Positions 10,880 through 22,900 of a stretch of 64,000 nt of DNA are shown here, piece by piece. This DNA is from Raillietiella orientalis (Eukaryota): NCBI GenBank assembly GCA_036172245.1, contig JAYWIR010000012.1, forward strand, positions 3,906,001-3,970,000, read 5' to 3'. Made by a program: the position numbers and the translations under genes. Every line of letters starts with the position of its first letter. The stretch's first letter is position 1. The notes under the pieces were generated by a model. The model searched no databases. It was not told the origin of the DNA and worked only from the letters and a program-made list of their open reading frames with translations.

Positions 10880-12641
10880 AGCCGCAGCCTCGGCAGCACT
10901 CTGCTGCATCTGAGGGACTGTGACTTGCTGGAACGAAGTCAGAAGACCAAACAGCGAAAGGAACGCCGTCGAACTCGCAGTCCGCTACCTGAGGATTGCT
11001 ACCAGATGGCCCCGTCTGGGAAGAATACGGATGGACCTCGAGGGCATCCTGGAAAGGATGGACCCTACTCCCATGGATTGTGATTCCTTGCCGGCCCTCC
11101 AAAATCTTTATTTTTTTTGTTTTGTTTTTCTTTTTGTTCCCCCCCCCATCCCCTTCCGCTGCCGAAGAGAGTCACGCCGGTCTGCGTACCGGGACCCGGC
11201 AGGTCCTGTTGTTTCTCACTCGGGTGCGCCGGGGCGTTTATTTCTAAACTATCCAGGAACAGAGTTCCCGGACAAAGGACACAGGAGAAACGAAGGGGGG
11301 GGATCCCCGACATGCAGGTCGGTAAACTGAAAGTCCGGAACGGGAGGGAGGGGACCACAAATACACATAAAAAAAAAAAAGAAATAATAATATGGGGAGG
11401 GGAGGGGACAGGAGTCTTTGGTTTGGCTGTTCCTTTCCTTCAGAACCTGCTATGGATGCCGGTGATCTCGCTCCTAACGTCCTCTGGAAGATGGGCCCAC
11501 TCAGCAGCCGACGTCATGTTCATGCCGGCTATTCCGGTGGCCTGCCTACGAATCGCCAGCTTCTCCAGCTCTCATTGGGCCTTGTCGATGGCGCGGGTGC
11601 AACCGACCGTTGCGATGACAGCACCTAAGGACAGGCCGCCTGGCGTGTAGAAGCGGCGCATCAAGTCTCTTGCGGTGTCCCCCTGGTGCAGGAGAGCTGA
11701 CGCCAGCCTCCGCCACAGTCCTAGGAGGGCACCGCAGTCCAAGAGCAGGTGCGGGAGCGTTTCCACTTCCCCGCACCGCTTACAGTTCGGGGAGACAACT
11801 CCCCCGGAAACACGGTTCGTCCGCTGGTTGGAGTGAAAACCCCAATGCACCAGCATGATGACGTCCTGCTTCCACGAAAGGGGGAACACAGAAGTGTTCA
11901 AACAGGAGGGAGGGACCACAAGTTCTTCAAGAGCCACACTTAAGTGTTCACTCCACCGAAGGAGTCCCTTCGGGATGTGGCGAGGCGTGGCGGCGTCTGC
12001 CAGCTCGCAAGTCCTCCAGCCGCCTATGGGTCGGGCTGCTCCTGCGATGGTGCAGGCGACCTCCCACCTCGCCGGTAGGCAGCTGTCATCACTTGCCCTG
12101 AGGGCTGACAGCGCGTCGGCGAGGGGCGTGACGGCCAGACTAGTACACTTCTCCTGGCTCTTCCAGACCTCATCCACCGTACAGCACGGAGAGAGGTTGG
12201 CGCAACGGAGTTCCAAGAGGGAAACATCCTGTTGCTTTGCCCAGGCATGCAACAGTTCCTGCCGCCAGGAGTCAAAGTTCGTTGGGCGGCAGGAGATCCA
12301 TGCGTGGGTTACCAGGAGCGGGTAGAGAGCTTTCCAGGGGAAACCGAAGCTTCTCGTGGCGCGCTCCGTATGCGGCCGCAGCAACAGAAGGCCATCGCTG
12401 CCGGGGCTGCGCCGCAGGAGCAGGCGCGCGGGAGCACAGCATGGAGTGGACCACAGGTTGGCGCACAGGGCCAACATTCGTAACTGCACTTGCAGTCCGA
12501 TTCTCTCCAGCGTCAGGATGGACAAACCGTCATCCCGACGCGGAGCCGCAAGCAGGTCCTGTTGTGTTGGCCGTAGTGAGGCCTCGTACCACAATTTTAT
12601 AGAGACTTTATAATAAACGCCTCAGAGTGACCGGGTGGCAA
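10880..12641 (+). mobile_element. 5'-truncated Tx1 copy B (10880-11212 + 12566-12641), inserted antisense into RT motif 2 of copy A and itself interrupted by copy C
   Basis: Peptide AALCCI..WNEVR..TRWPRLGRIRMDLEGILERM. The 3' UTR is split by copy C, with terminal AATAAACGCCTCAGAGTGACCGGGTG at 12612-12637. 17-bp TSD CCAGCAACTTGGCGTCC (10863-10879) / CCAGCAACTTAGCATCC (12642-12658). Confidence 0.85.
11213..12551 (-). mobile_element. 5'-truncated Tx1 copy C (second subfamily) nested in the 3' UTR of copy B
   Basis: Long open ORF2 tail LAAPRRDDGLSILTLER...CKRCGEVETLPHLLLDC (zf-RVT), ending GIHSRF* after one in-frame stop. 3' UTR with AATAAACGCCCCGGCGCACCCGAGTG. Perfect 14-bp TSD GCAGGTCCTGTTGT (11199-11212 / 12552-12565). 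Confidence 0.9.
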
Positions 12642-15070
12642 CCAGCAACTTAGCATCCGCATTCAACACGGTAATCGGATGCCAGTTGCTGAGGTTCCGT
12701 AAGTTCCCTCCGTTCGGGAGGAGACGCATCCATGCCGATCGAAAGGAAGCGGGAAGTCACCTGTCTTCCGAATCAGCCTGCACCAGGAGGATCAGCTCCG
12801 CCGCGAAGCTTCGGAAAAACTCCGCAAGCAGGCCGTCTTCCTCTGGAGCCTTCCGCTTCCTGAGCTTCCCGATTGCGGTGATGATTTCACCCATCGTGAA
12901 AGGTTCCTCGAGATGTGCTCCCTCCTCCTCCTCGATCGCCGGGGCGCCTTCCGGAAACAAGAACCGAGAGAAGCACCGCTCCTGAGGTGCCCTAGCATAC
13001 AGGAAGGAGTAATAGCTTCGCACTAGGCGCTCTACCGCCTCCGTGTTCGAGTGCTCCTGACCGTCGTCGTCCAGCAGGCTCGCCGACCCGGATTCCCAAA
13101 CTCGCCGCACGACCCCGGCTTTGTAGTCTGCTAGTCGGCGGATGTCCGGTGTTCGGGTGTAGCGATGAGACTGCAAGTACACTCTTTTGTTCCGAACAAC
13201 CTCGCCAAATCCTCTCGGGAGACGGTCTAGGAGGAAAGGCTCGCAGGACTCTCGGACCGAGACCTTCAAATCGTCTCAGTCGTCGAGTGTCTGCACGCAG
13301 CTGCCTTGCGCGGAGGTGTTCCGCTACACTTGGCATGTTGAGCCAGTCCCTTGGCAGTCGCCACGCCTGCGAGGGGGGGTCCCCTGTCGCTCGGACAAAT
13401 TTCAAGTTCCACCCGCGAGTGGTCGGTGAGTGTGGACTGCACTTTCGCCTCCCTACGTGGGAGCGCAGGTGCTCGTCGAGGAAGACGTGGTAGATGCTCC
13501 CCTCGTACCCAGGCTCCCCTTCCAACAAGTTGGATGCGTGCATGACAGCGCACATCCCGTTAATCTGCTGGATCTTCTGCAGGAGCACAAGGTCGAAGGG
13601 TTGCAGGGCGGCAGCTGTCTCATCTCCTGTCGTCCTCGCGTAGCCCGTTTACGTTCCAGCTAGCAACGCGTAGTCGGCGGCAAGCGGTAAGTTCCGGCAT
13701 TACTTCTGGAAAAGTGATGCTGGGGCTCCTGCCTTCAGTTCGGGTGGGGTGCTATTTAGGGTCCCTGCGGCTGGGAGCATCTCGGCGACCCCCTCCGCCT
13801 TTATGGGCTCCACCTCGTCCGAGTCTCAGGGGACGAGTCCTGAGCTCCCAGGTTCGCCGCACTCTCGTTTCCAGAGGATTCCCTTTCCTCTGAAGAGTCT
13901 ATCCTACTGGGATTCCTGAACTTCCGTCGAGGCTTCCGAGGGGGTGCAGACGCGGATGGTGAGCTTCTGACGACAGGGTCGGAGTCCAATGTCTCGGACT
14001 CCTTCCTGGGGACCGGACGTCTGTCGGCCTTCTTGGCTGCCTTGGCGGACTGCCGTAGCATGGCTGCCAGCTCCACTGCCGCCCAGGAGAAGGTCGCGTC
14101 CTCGAGGCTCTCTCTTTCGCCGCAACCCTCGCTGACTGTTTTCACTGTCGCGGAGGTGTCGGTGCTGTTGCACACGGCAACGTCCATTTTGCACGGCTTC
14201 TCGGCGACTGGAATGCGCAGCAGGTTAAGCGTGCATTTTTTAAGTTCTGAAATTGAGTTTATCGCTGTTTCTTTGGAGGTCGATTTACTTTTGTTCTTAT
14301 TTTTCTTTTTGTAGCTGAGCATTTGCCTGTCAGGTTCAACTCCTTCCACTTGGGCAGCCTGCGTTTCCACAGGCGAAGTGGTCGACGTGATCTTTTCGGC
14401 TAGCTTCAGATCAGCCTTTCCATAGTTCTTTGACCTGGCTTTGCCAGACTTTTCCGCGTCCTCGCTTGTTTTGCTGCTCGTAGCAACCAGACCAAGCGGA
14501 ACCTTTTTGGGGCACACTTCGGTGTATCCTTTCGTTTCGCACTGGCGGCATGCGATATTGGGGCATCTTTTTTTAAGGCGTGGCCTCACAATTTCCGCAG
14601 TACTTGGGCTTCCTTAAGTACCAGAGGTCGATGGGTTCTCCACCGACCACCGGTTTATGGGGAAGTCCTATGTCCTTTGCTACCGTGATGCGCACCGCGG
14701 CTTGCCCATTAAGTATCCCGTCAAATACGCGGAATCTGTTGGATTTTTCCAACAGCGCGTCGACGGTGCTGAATTCTTTGAGTTCTTCCCGCACGGCTCT
14801 CGGTAACATCCGTACGGTAATGCCTTTTAGGTGGACCACGATGGAATCGTCCACCGGAACGTGCGTGAAAGACCTGACGGCCCTCGATCTTCACGGGGAT
14901 TCGCAGCAATCTCTGTGCTAGACCCGCTTCCTTGCAGATGAGCTCTACACGCTGACCCCCGCTTCTGATCGTCAGCCCCGTCAGGTCTTTCTTCCTCACG
15001 TTCACTCTGCACAGCTCCTCCTCGAAGGAACGCGCAGTGCAATCATCGAAAACCCTGCCTACCTTGTAGA

Positions 15071-15130
15071 GTAGGCTAGGTGAAGGCTAGGGTAGGCGAG
15101 GGTAGGCTAGTTCCGTAGGCCTTGTAGGCC
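15071..15130. repeat. Short imperfect ~10-bp tandem repeat (GGTAGGCTAG-like) within ORF1 of copy A
   Basis: GTAGGCTAGG TGAAGGCTAG GGTAGGCGAG GGTAGGCTAG ..GTAGGC..GTAGGC read directly. Confidence 0.6.
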
Positions 15131-15377
15131 TCAACCTCGGCCGTGTCAGCTGCAGAGGGCGCGGAGAACACGGCATTATATTCCCTCCCAGGTGCGGGGG
15201 ATGAAGCTTCGGGAGCGAATGCCTCCACCTCCTTGGGTTCAGAGGACTCTCTTTCAACGTGTCCATGACACTTTTTCGTGGTGAATTCAGGCATTTCTGC
15301 CTTCCCTTCACCACTGAAGCAACACGACAACACCAAGTAAAACCGGGAGTCGGGAGCGCTAACAAAATACGTCGCGA

Positions 15378-16066
15378 GCCCGCGTCGGAGGCCTTGTGGT
15401 TAAGGCTTCCGCGCGTGGCTCCATGCGTCGCGGGTTCGAATACTTCGGCAGAAACTCTGACGCCACTGCGGCGTCGGGTGCCGAGTTTCTCCTGCAATGG
15501 CACTGGCTGGCCGAGACATTCGGGCGTGGCACCGGCGGTGGATTAAGCCGGAGGCCCCCGATGAAGGCCGGAACAATGGGAGTCGACCTTCGGGTCCTCC
15601 CATGAATCAAGGAGTGGGGAGTTCCCCCTCCGGTCGTGCAACGGAGAGTGGACCCCCCCCCCCGGGGGACCCCTCCGGTTTCAAGATGGAGCAAGAGCCC
15701 TCACAGGCACCTCTCCAGTTGTTCAAAGGAGCGGACCCTCCCCGTTGCGGGGGGGACCCTCCGAGTCGTCGCCTCTTCACAGAGTGCAAGGAAGCAAGCG
15801 AGCGATTCCCTGCGGGAAGCTGCAGCTCCCCTTCTGAGTTTCGGAAGCTCCCTTCGGGGTTCTCTTCAGAGGAGTGAACAGGAGCGGTTCCCTTGCGGGT
15901 TCCCTCCGGAGAAGAAATTCCTACTAGCGGATCCTTTCCAAGTTCCCTTCGGAGAATTTGAAATGGAGAGGACCACCCCCCATTAGGGGGGTGTCCCTCG
16001 AGAGAGAATGAGGAAGGAGATTCCCTTCGGGACTCCCCTTCGGAGACAATCAGAGTAAAAAAAAAA
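15378..16066 (+). mobile_element. SINE family S copy with the best-preserved tRNA-like head; lacks the conserved 3' block
   Basis: D-arm-like GCCT-TGTGGTTA-AGGC (A-box) and GGGTTCGAAT (B-box). The body matches 320-700 and holds several CCTTCGG hairpins. A-run at 16057-16066. Confidence 0.8.
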
Positions 16067-16079
16067 CACGTCCGAGTCC

Positions 16080-16831
16080 GACTGCGGCACAAGGTCACCT
16101 GAGCTGCTTGGTGTGCCCCCGAAGAACTCCTGGTCCCTTCCCTCTGCGCGGACACCTCCGTGTTCCCGCTACGTTGGAAACAGGATGTTCTGTTGTTTCT
16201 GCACTGAGGATTTTACCACAATCAGTGCAGACGCCTGGTTTCCGGGGGAGTTGCCTCTTCAAACTGTCTTAGGTGCGGGAAGATGGAATCGCGTCTGCAT
16301 CTCTTGCTAGGCTGCAGTGCCATCGAGGACTTGTGGCAGAGACTCTTTTCGGCGCTCCGACAATCGCAAGACACGATTTGGACTTTCTGAGACGCTTCAT
16401 CGGAACGCTGGTGATCGCGACAATCGCTTGCATCCGCGCCATGGTGACAGCCCACCGCTTGTTGGAGTTAGGTTCTTCGGCGAAAAGAGGCTGCCTGCGT
16501 GGTATCTGCCCTCATGAGGACAGCAGCAAGGTGCTCTCATTTGCCAGAAGTTGCCAGGGAGATCGCCACCGTCCAGAGCCGTTTCTAGAAGGAAAGGAAT
16601 GTCTTCAACCAAAGACACTTGCCCCCTCTCTCCCCTCTTTTTTTTGTTATTTATTGTTCCCTTCCTCCGTTTACTACTTTTCGGAGGCTGATCTGCATGC
16701 CGGTGGTCATACCGAAAGAACTCCTGGGTTTTTTCCGGGGTAGGAGGGGGCCTTTCTTGTTTTTGAGGGGCTCTTCTCCCTTCTTCCTTATTGTTTTTTT
16801 AAATAAACGTTCCGGCGTAACCAGGCCAAAA
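16080..16831 (+). mobile_element. 5'-truncated Tx1 copy H (same subfamily as C)
   Basis: DTSVFPLRWKQDV, NCLRCGKMESRLHLLLGC and EIATVQSRF* match copy C (NTSVFPLSWKQDV, NCKRCG, GIHSRF*). T-rich UTR with AATAAACG at 16802. Confidence 0.85.
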
Positions 16832-16832
16832 C

Positions 16833-17956
16833 CAGCACAGTCTCCTTGGCACAGGACCACGCTTGGATCTTCCGCTCACCGACGAACTGCGTTGCCTGGA
16901 AACGGGGAAACAACCGAAAGAAATTCAATTTCTGCGGCGCTCGCGACACGCTCGCTGCTCGCTGAGGGAGATGGTGAACTGCCCCGAGGAAGACCTCTTG
17001 CCGATCCAGCAAGCTCCTCTGGCCGGGACGCTGTCGCCCCTGCGGGATGTCTGGGATGGCCACCAGCCCGCGAAGTTGGAAATAAGCTGCGAGATCGCAG
17101 GTAGAAAAAAGAGACATTGGGATGCAGCTGGCCGAAGCTTTCACCCCGCCACCCTACCCAAATGACTTCTCCGCTGGGCGGCAGATCTCTTTGGAATCCC
17201 GTTGATAGAAGTGGGAATCCCTGTGATGCTTTGACAGCTCCTCCTTTCTACGAAGCGGCAGGACTCGGCGTCGCGGCCGCTCATTCGGCCGTCCCATACG
17301 GCGCAAACCCCCGCCACTAAACCAGGGGACGTGAGGCCCCTATCGAGTAGTCACAGGTTCTGTGCAAAATGAACCTTCCCGCACCTGCTTTTGGAGTGCT
17401 CCGACATCCGGCATGTTTGACCACGTTCCTGAGCTTCCCAGAAGATCATCCGAGGGTCTTTTTTCAGGAACTTCTTCACCTCGTGGAGGGATGCCGCTGC
17501 AATCGCAGCTCCGCGCTGTGTCTGGGGGGATCGCGGCTGCTGGAAGCCCCGGCGACGGAGGCAGCAACGGCAGAGAAGCCGCGACCTCCTTCGCCTTCCC
17601 GTTACTGAGGACTGTGACGAGATGGCAGCACCTGAGGCGCAACCAGGAGCAACTTGCCAGCATCCTTGGGAGAATGCAGACAGCCATCAGGGAGCAACAT
17701 CCTGCGACCCTTTCTCTCTCCCAAACATTTTAAAAACTTTTTTGTTTCGTATTTAATAATTTATTTTTGGTTTGTCCCCCTTTCCCCAAATTTCCCTGTG
17801 CGGATTCCTTCTGGTGACCGCTCCGAGCAGCGGTACCCTCCGAGACTTCCCCAGTCAGTCGCGCTGACTGATCTCCCGCGACGGAGGAAGAACTTCATCT
17901 GGCCGTTTGATTATGGAAATTAATTTTTAGAATGGACTCCCCCAGGTGAAAAAAAA
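16833..17956 (+). mobile_element. 5'-truncated Tx1 copy I, head-to-tail with copy H
   Basis: PAKLEISCEIAG, LLRW, TFPHLLLEC and RWQHL..LASILGRMQ. T-rich UTR and a degenerate terminus ..CCCCCAGGTG followed by an A-run. Confidence 0.8.
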
Positions 17957-18275
17957 TTGAAAAACGGTCGCTCGACGGACGCTTCCTGCTTCCGCTGACG
18001 ACCCTCGAGTTCGGGGAAGCTGCACCATCCCCTTCTCGGGACTCTGTAGGGATCTCCGGGAACCTTCGACTCTTCTCTCAATCCCTCCATGACTCTCCTT
18101 CGCATCCCAAATTTCAAGTTCCCTAAGGCGCCACAAAGGTGGCTGGCCCTACGAAGGTTGCGGCTGCAACCTTCGTTGGATCTTCGGGAACGCGAAATCC
18201 CTGGAAACGGGGGAGTGGGCGCTCTTCCGAGGCGAGGCGAGCCGCCAGCTCTGCTTTCTGGCTCGCAGCTGGAAC

Positions 18276-18345
18276 GCCCGCGCGCCTTCGGCCTCCACAC
18301 CACGTGGCACCGAGTGTCGAGGGTTCGAATCCCGCCCGGGGAAGG
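18276..18345 (+). mobile_element. Isolated tRNA-like head of SINE family S
   Basis: CCACGTGGCACCGAGTGTCGAGGGTTCGAATCCCGCCCGGGGAAGG closely matches 3204-3250. Confidence 0.65.
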
Positions 18346-18599
18346 GGGACTGAACGCGCGTCACCTTGGGGGTGGAGGGAGAGAAAGGAGGAGGGAGGCC
18401 AATCTCCCGATGCTCGCCCCGCTTCCTCCATCTTGGCTCCTCCTCGGAATGAGCAGGCGGAGTCCGTTGTGGTCACACGCCCCTTGTCCTCGAGCGCCAC
18501 GTCTTCTCGTTGCTGAAAGTCGGCCGGTTGTGGCGCGTCTGCAAGTGACAGAGTCGGTGTCTCTGAAGCAATGACACCCGACCGACCGTCCACGAGGAT

Positions 18600-19555
18600 T
18601 TCCGTTCAGGTGAGGCCCAGAGGCTGTTCCGAACCTCCGCCCAGTCAGCAGCAGCGGTCAACTCGAGCCGCCAATTGCCAGGATTGACAGGGGGCGTTCG
18701 GGAGGGCGGAGGAGCGCGTCCGCCGCGACGCAGCAGTCTTAAGAGTGTGTGGGCCGGGTGCGAGGCTGTGCTGGACCGGAGAAAGCGCGCCGACCTAGAC
18801 AAGACCCCGCCCTCCGAGACTCCAAGCCGCCGCCGCTCTCAAAGGCTGAGCACAGAGCTCCAGCAGAGTCATCAAGCAGCGGTACGGGAGATGACATCTC
18901 GGCGAGGTAGGAAGTCGGAAGCTGCGGCGGCACTCCCGAAAACGTCGGATTGGGTCTACGTCCGCCTCCCGGTTTCATGTGGACCGGGAGGCTAATCGAG
19001 GGAAGACCGTGCCCTCCCGTGTTGGGCATTACCGTTGTCAAGGGCGTGCAACCGGCACGCCCCTCAGATCACCTCACATGATAGCCGATGGGCGCGCAAT
19101 GTTTGCGAGGTCACACTGACCACCGTTCGCTCCCTCTCCAACCAGCAAACCTCTTCGGCAAAACCTGCAGCCTCGTTTCGCGCGCGGCCAGGGCTGCTGT
19201 TCTGCAGAGATCCCGCTTCTAGACAGCGGTGAGCTGCCCTCCTGGTGGACGGTGCGGGAGAGGAGGTCGAGTCGTCGACGCTCGCGCACTCTCTCTCGCG
19301 CCTTCGACGACATTTGGCCCCTTAGGTCATCCGATCCGACGGACGAACCTAAGAACGGTGCGGCGACCAGGACCGACAGGCGTTCCTCGCTGGGTCCATT
19401 CCGGGAAGTATGGCAGATTCGTAGCATGCTGCCTAGCGGTGATGAAAGCCCACAGGGGAAGACAGGGGAAACTCAGGATTCGAAGGCTCCATCGCAGTCT
19501 CCGTCGATACTCCTGAGAGTTGTCAGGTACTCAGGAGTACCAGCAGTCGATGGCT
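18600..19555 (-). mobile_element. Decayed DIRS-like (or other LTR-group) RT/RNase H fragment
   Basis: Frameshifted motifs EYRRRLRW..FPCLP / FPCGLSSP (LPFGLxxAP-like), GSDDL (YxDD position), TLLELCA..AAAW..GRGLV (RNase H 'IxxLELxA') and NPG...AADW. No tyrosine recombinase was recognised. Confidence 0.45.
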
Positions 19556-19574
19556 AAGCAGCGCATGAACTTAC

Positions 19575-19974
19575 CGGCTTCCCTTTCTTGCACCGCCCTC
19601 ATCCACCAATAAGAACGTGACTTTCAAGATCAGAACGTTAGATCTTGTAGAAGATTCGCCACGGGAGTAACAAGCGTTTTCCCAATAGCTTCCCCAATGC
19701 CCAGAGGTGCTACCCGACAAAGATTCTGCATCACGATGCATCATCAGAATGCAATCATATGTGATTGATTGTTGGGATGTTTTCGTGTGCCATGTGTGAA
19801 TCCTCCCATGCTGATCCACCGGCAGGTTAACGCGGCTGCCTCCATCCCGCAAGTGACCAGGCACTTCGAAGGTGCTCGCAACTGTGATGCCGCCCTTTTG
19901 GGTCAGGGATGCCAAATCAGAGCATGCTGCGAATTGTGAAGCAAATTTTTGGTGTATTGGATTTGTCTGCTCGT
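19575..19974 (-). CDS. Candidate 400-nt internal exon of an unidentified host gene
   Basis: Long polypyrimidine tract then CGTAG| acceptor, and a CG|GTAAGT donor. One fully open frame (DEQTNPIHQ...GARKGSR), phase 1 to phase 2. Confidence 0.45.
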
Positions 19975-22900
19975 CTACGAGGCGCATTTCAAAAGCAAAA
20001 GGATAGAAAGAAAGAACAAATAAGAGAAACAAAAATCTATTGGTGGTTCTAAACACATACGTCCCCATGTCATTTTTCCGCGTAGTCACCATTTTTTCCC
20101 AAACACTTTTGATAACGTGGAGCAAGCTTTTTTAAAGCTTCTGCATGAAATTCCGCCGCCTGGGAGTTCAGTCAATCCAGCAGCACTGCAATTTTCAACT
20201 CCTCCCTTTCCCCCTCGAATCGCTGAGCCACTTCCGGAGGTGCAGGAAGGAAGACGTGGTAGTCACTGGGCGCGAGGTCAGGACTGTAAAATGGGTGATA
20301 TTAAAAAATTCCCGTTTTGAATTTCTGAATTGTCTGAAATGTGGGGACACAGCAGTGTGTGGGAATAAAAGGGTGTGCTTTCGGTGGACTTTATGGAGCC
20401 TGGAACAACCCCCACTTCGCAAGTCTACTGTGAAACGCTTTCGAACAGGGGCGTGCCATTCAGAACCGACGACGTGGAATGCTGAGATCAGGAATTCTCC
20501 TTCACGACAACGCGCGCCTTGGCAACACATGAGGACAGCATGTGTTGTCATGTCGTAGCTCTGATCAGCTCTCTGTTCATACAAGAGAAAAACATCCTTT
20601 ATCTCGTCTGGCTTAATTCATCTAATACTGCAATGGAATTAGCAAAGCTTCAGCCCAGTTCAGCATGGAAAAATCAGCTTATTGAATTTATGAAGAGCGC
20701 AAAAGAGTGCGAACAAAGCAAAGATGCATGTGGATGATGAAACGCTCACACTTCGGAGAAGTCTGTCAAATTACTTCAGTAACATGAACACATTAGATCT
20801 TTCTCCTTTAACAATCTTCTCTTCGAAGCATACATGCGAGAATTCTTTTTCAAGGATGGATTGCTCAATTTCCGAATGAAGATACAGGTCATCTATCAAA
20901 AATCCTGAAACTTGTATTTTCTCGAAAATGGAAAATGTTGGCAACCTTGCTTCCGACAAACGGAGCAATGGAAATCAAGCACTGAGCAACTCCATAAGGT
21001 AGCATGTATTTCTGTGTGGATGGAATGCCTATCTCGTCCACGTGCTTCCTTTTCGACGTAATATCAAGTGAAAATCACACAGTGTGTTGTTTAACAGATA
21101 TCTTTTTTTAAATAATGCATCTAGAAAAGCTCTGCGGCGTTCGTAGGCAGCAGCATACGCATCGTGGAGGATGCGACACGCGTGTTGCCAGATGTGACGA
21201 AACGTGCGGCGGGAAAATTTTGTATTCGCCGCCATTCCCCTCCCCCCCCCCTTTGGAGAAGTCATTCCTGAAAATTGATGTAAACTCAACGAATGACCAA
21301 GGGGAACGTGAACTGGACTCGCAAAAACTTGCATCGCACAAATGTATTTGCTTGCAAATATCTGTCTATATGGGAATACAGACAAACGGTTGCGTGCACG
21401 CAACGATAACTTGTTACAACTCTCTATTATCAGGATGGCACGTCTACGTGTTCGAGCGCGTAAGAACACGTTTCAGACACACGTTTGCGTGCTCGAACTT
21501 GCAGACACGCTATTTATCAAAATCATTTTTTCCTTTTTACATGATGCTTCCAATGAAGAAAGGCACCCCTGACAAAAAGTGAATCGGATTGAAATCGCAT
21601 TGAAAATGCTGAAACACAGCTACGAACTCCGATGGAAAACTCGGTTCACTTTAACGCAAATTAGGCTTGGAATTTAGAACCGTGCAGAAAGGATAATCTC
21701 ATCGCCCGAACCTACTCTTTGCTGATTTTCGTCACTGCTCTTGGTCAGGTTCGCCCCGGTGACGACACAGCTCTTCATCCTATGAGCCCTCGGTCCCAAG
21801 GGGGAGGCAGCCCTTTTGTCGCAGTGGGCTGCAGGTTACCCTCCACTGCTTTACACGTTTGTCCCACGTATGCGCTCTTCACGAGAATCGGCAGGGTGCA
21901 CACTTTGAATTCTTTCAGATCGCACCGTCGCCATGGAGAGCACGCGCGAGGGGGGGGGGGGGGATGAAAGCTGTAGCGGTCGGGTTTTGTTTCCTCCCCA
22001 TCCTCGAAAGCAGGAAATTTCGCATTCGGGTCTGCATCAGTCGAACACCGGGCTCGCGCATCCCTCCGTCGAGCGCCGGCCGAACGGGAGCATCCATGGA
22101 CTCCGGTCGAAATGCTCCGGCAGCGCGACGGCGGCGAGCATTCGTCGCTCTCCGAGGTTGCGCCCGATGACAGGAAGCTGCCATTTTGCAAATCGCAGTG
22201 TTTCCCGCCGATCCTGATCTTGAAAGGAGCAGCAGAGAAGAGGGTGGCGCACTGGAGCCGTTGCGCGTTCTCGTGGTGGTCCGGCCGTCCTCATGAAAGC
22301 ACTCCAACTCCCGATCTGCAGAGGCATCCGAAGACACGTTGGAAGAAAGGAAAAAAGGAATCAGTTCGCAGGAGCGTTCGCATCTGACGGTTTCTGGAGG
22401 GCGCACGCCCACAGTCTCAAGCCGAAGAGATTTGACGGGATGGCCCGAGGCGAATTTTCCCAACGTGCTGCTTTTCGAGCACGCAAATGAGTAAGCGGCT
22501 TCCCGCGAAGGGCAACTCTGCGCCCGATGTCAAGGGAACTCGTTGCGGAAGACCCTCCACCCTCTTCGGCGCGCGTCTCCTCGCCGCCGCTGCCTCGGGA
22601 GCGCTGCATCTCTACTGCCGGGTGCCGGCGCTCCGCTCACAGCCGCGTCTTCACGGTCGCTCCTTCGTCCGGCCGAAGGCCAATTCGCGGGGGTGACGGA
22701 CAAATTCGAAGCAAACAAACGGAACAAAACGCGCGCACCCGTGGGGTCCGCGTCGAAATTCCGGTCGCAGGCGCCAGAGAAGGGTCCGACCGCGCGGAGA
22801 GCACTGTCGCCACGGAAACTCGCGCTCTCCCCCGCCCAGGACCGCGACGCACCCGCTCTAGCGCGCAAGGACGAACCGCGTCTTGCCCGCGGACCCTCTG

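Larger units (their letters stand above)
7641..15370 (-). mobile_element. Near full-length decayed Tx1/L1-clade LINE (copy A, ~5.1 kb after removing nested inserts)
   Basis: ORF1 ~15290-13801 with CCHC-like knuckles (KPKYCGNC..., CRQC...EVC). APE endonuclease tail (SIYHVFLD, WRLP) at ~13350-13500. RT motifs in order: KAPEEDG and NWHPITVLNADAKLL (~12850-12642), DAKLLAK..VISPEQTYAVP (10879-10790), VAVDLRKAFD|CVEEELL (10635-10606 / 9729-9700), GVRQGDSLSPLLL (~9580-9545), ANADY (YADD-like, ~9450), FKYLGVPLG (~9265-9237), LW..PRV..APRRDGGLG (~9030-8960). Then the zf-RVT region and GILERMQ (~8280-7860), and a 3' UTR with AATAAA at 7661-7666. Confidence 0.9.

Noticed and set aside
12552..12641. Idea that the LINE 3' UTR is an antisense copy of ORF2, or that the RT core was deleted here
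   Set aside because: The TSDs show this is the displaced 3' end of copy B. The missing RT continues at 10879 and below, so the first ~15 aa of ORF 11572-12594 are fortuitous.
15378..15452. Functional tRNA gene
   Set aside because: No convincing anticodon stem or complete T-stem, no poly-T terminator, and it is attached to a repeated body, so it is a SINE head.
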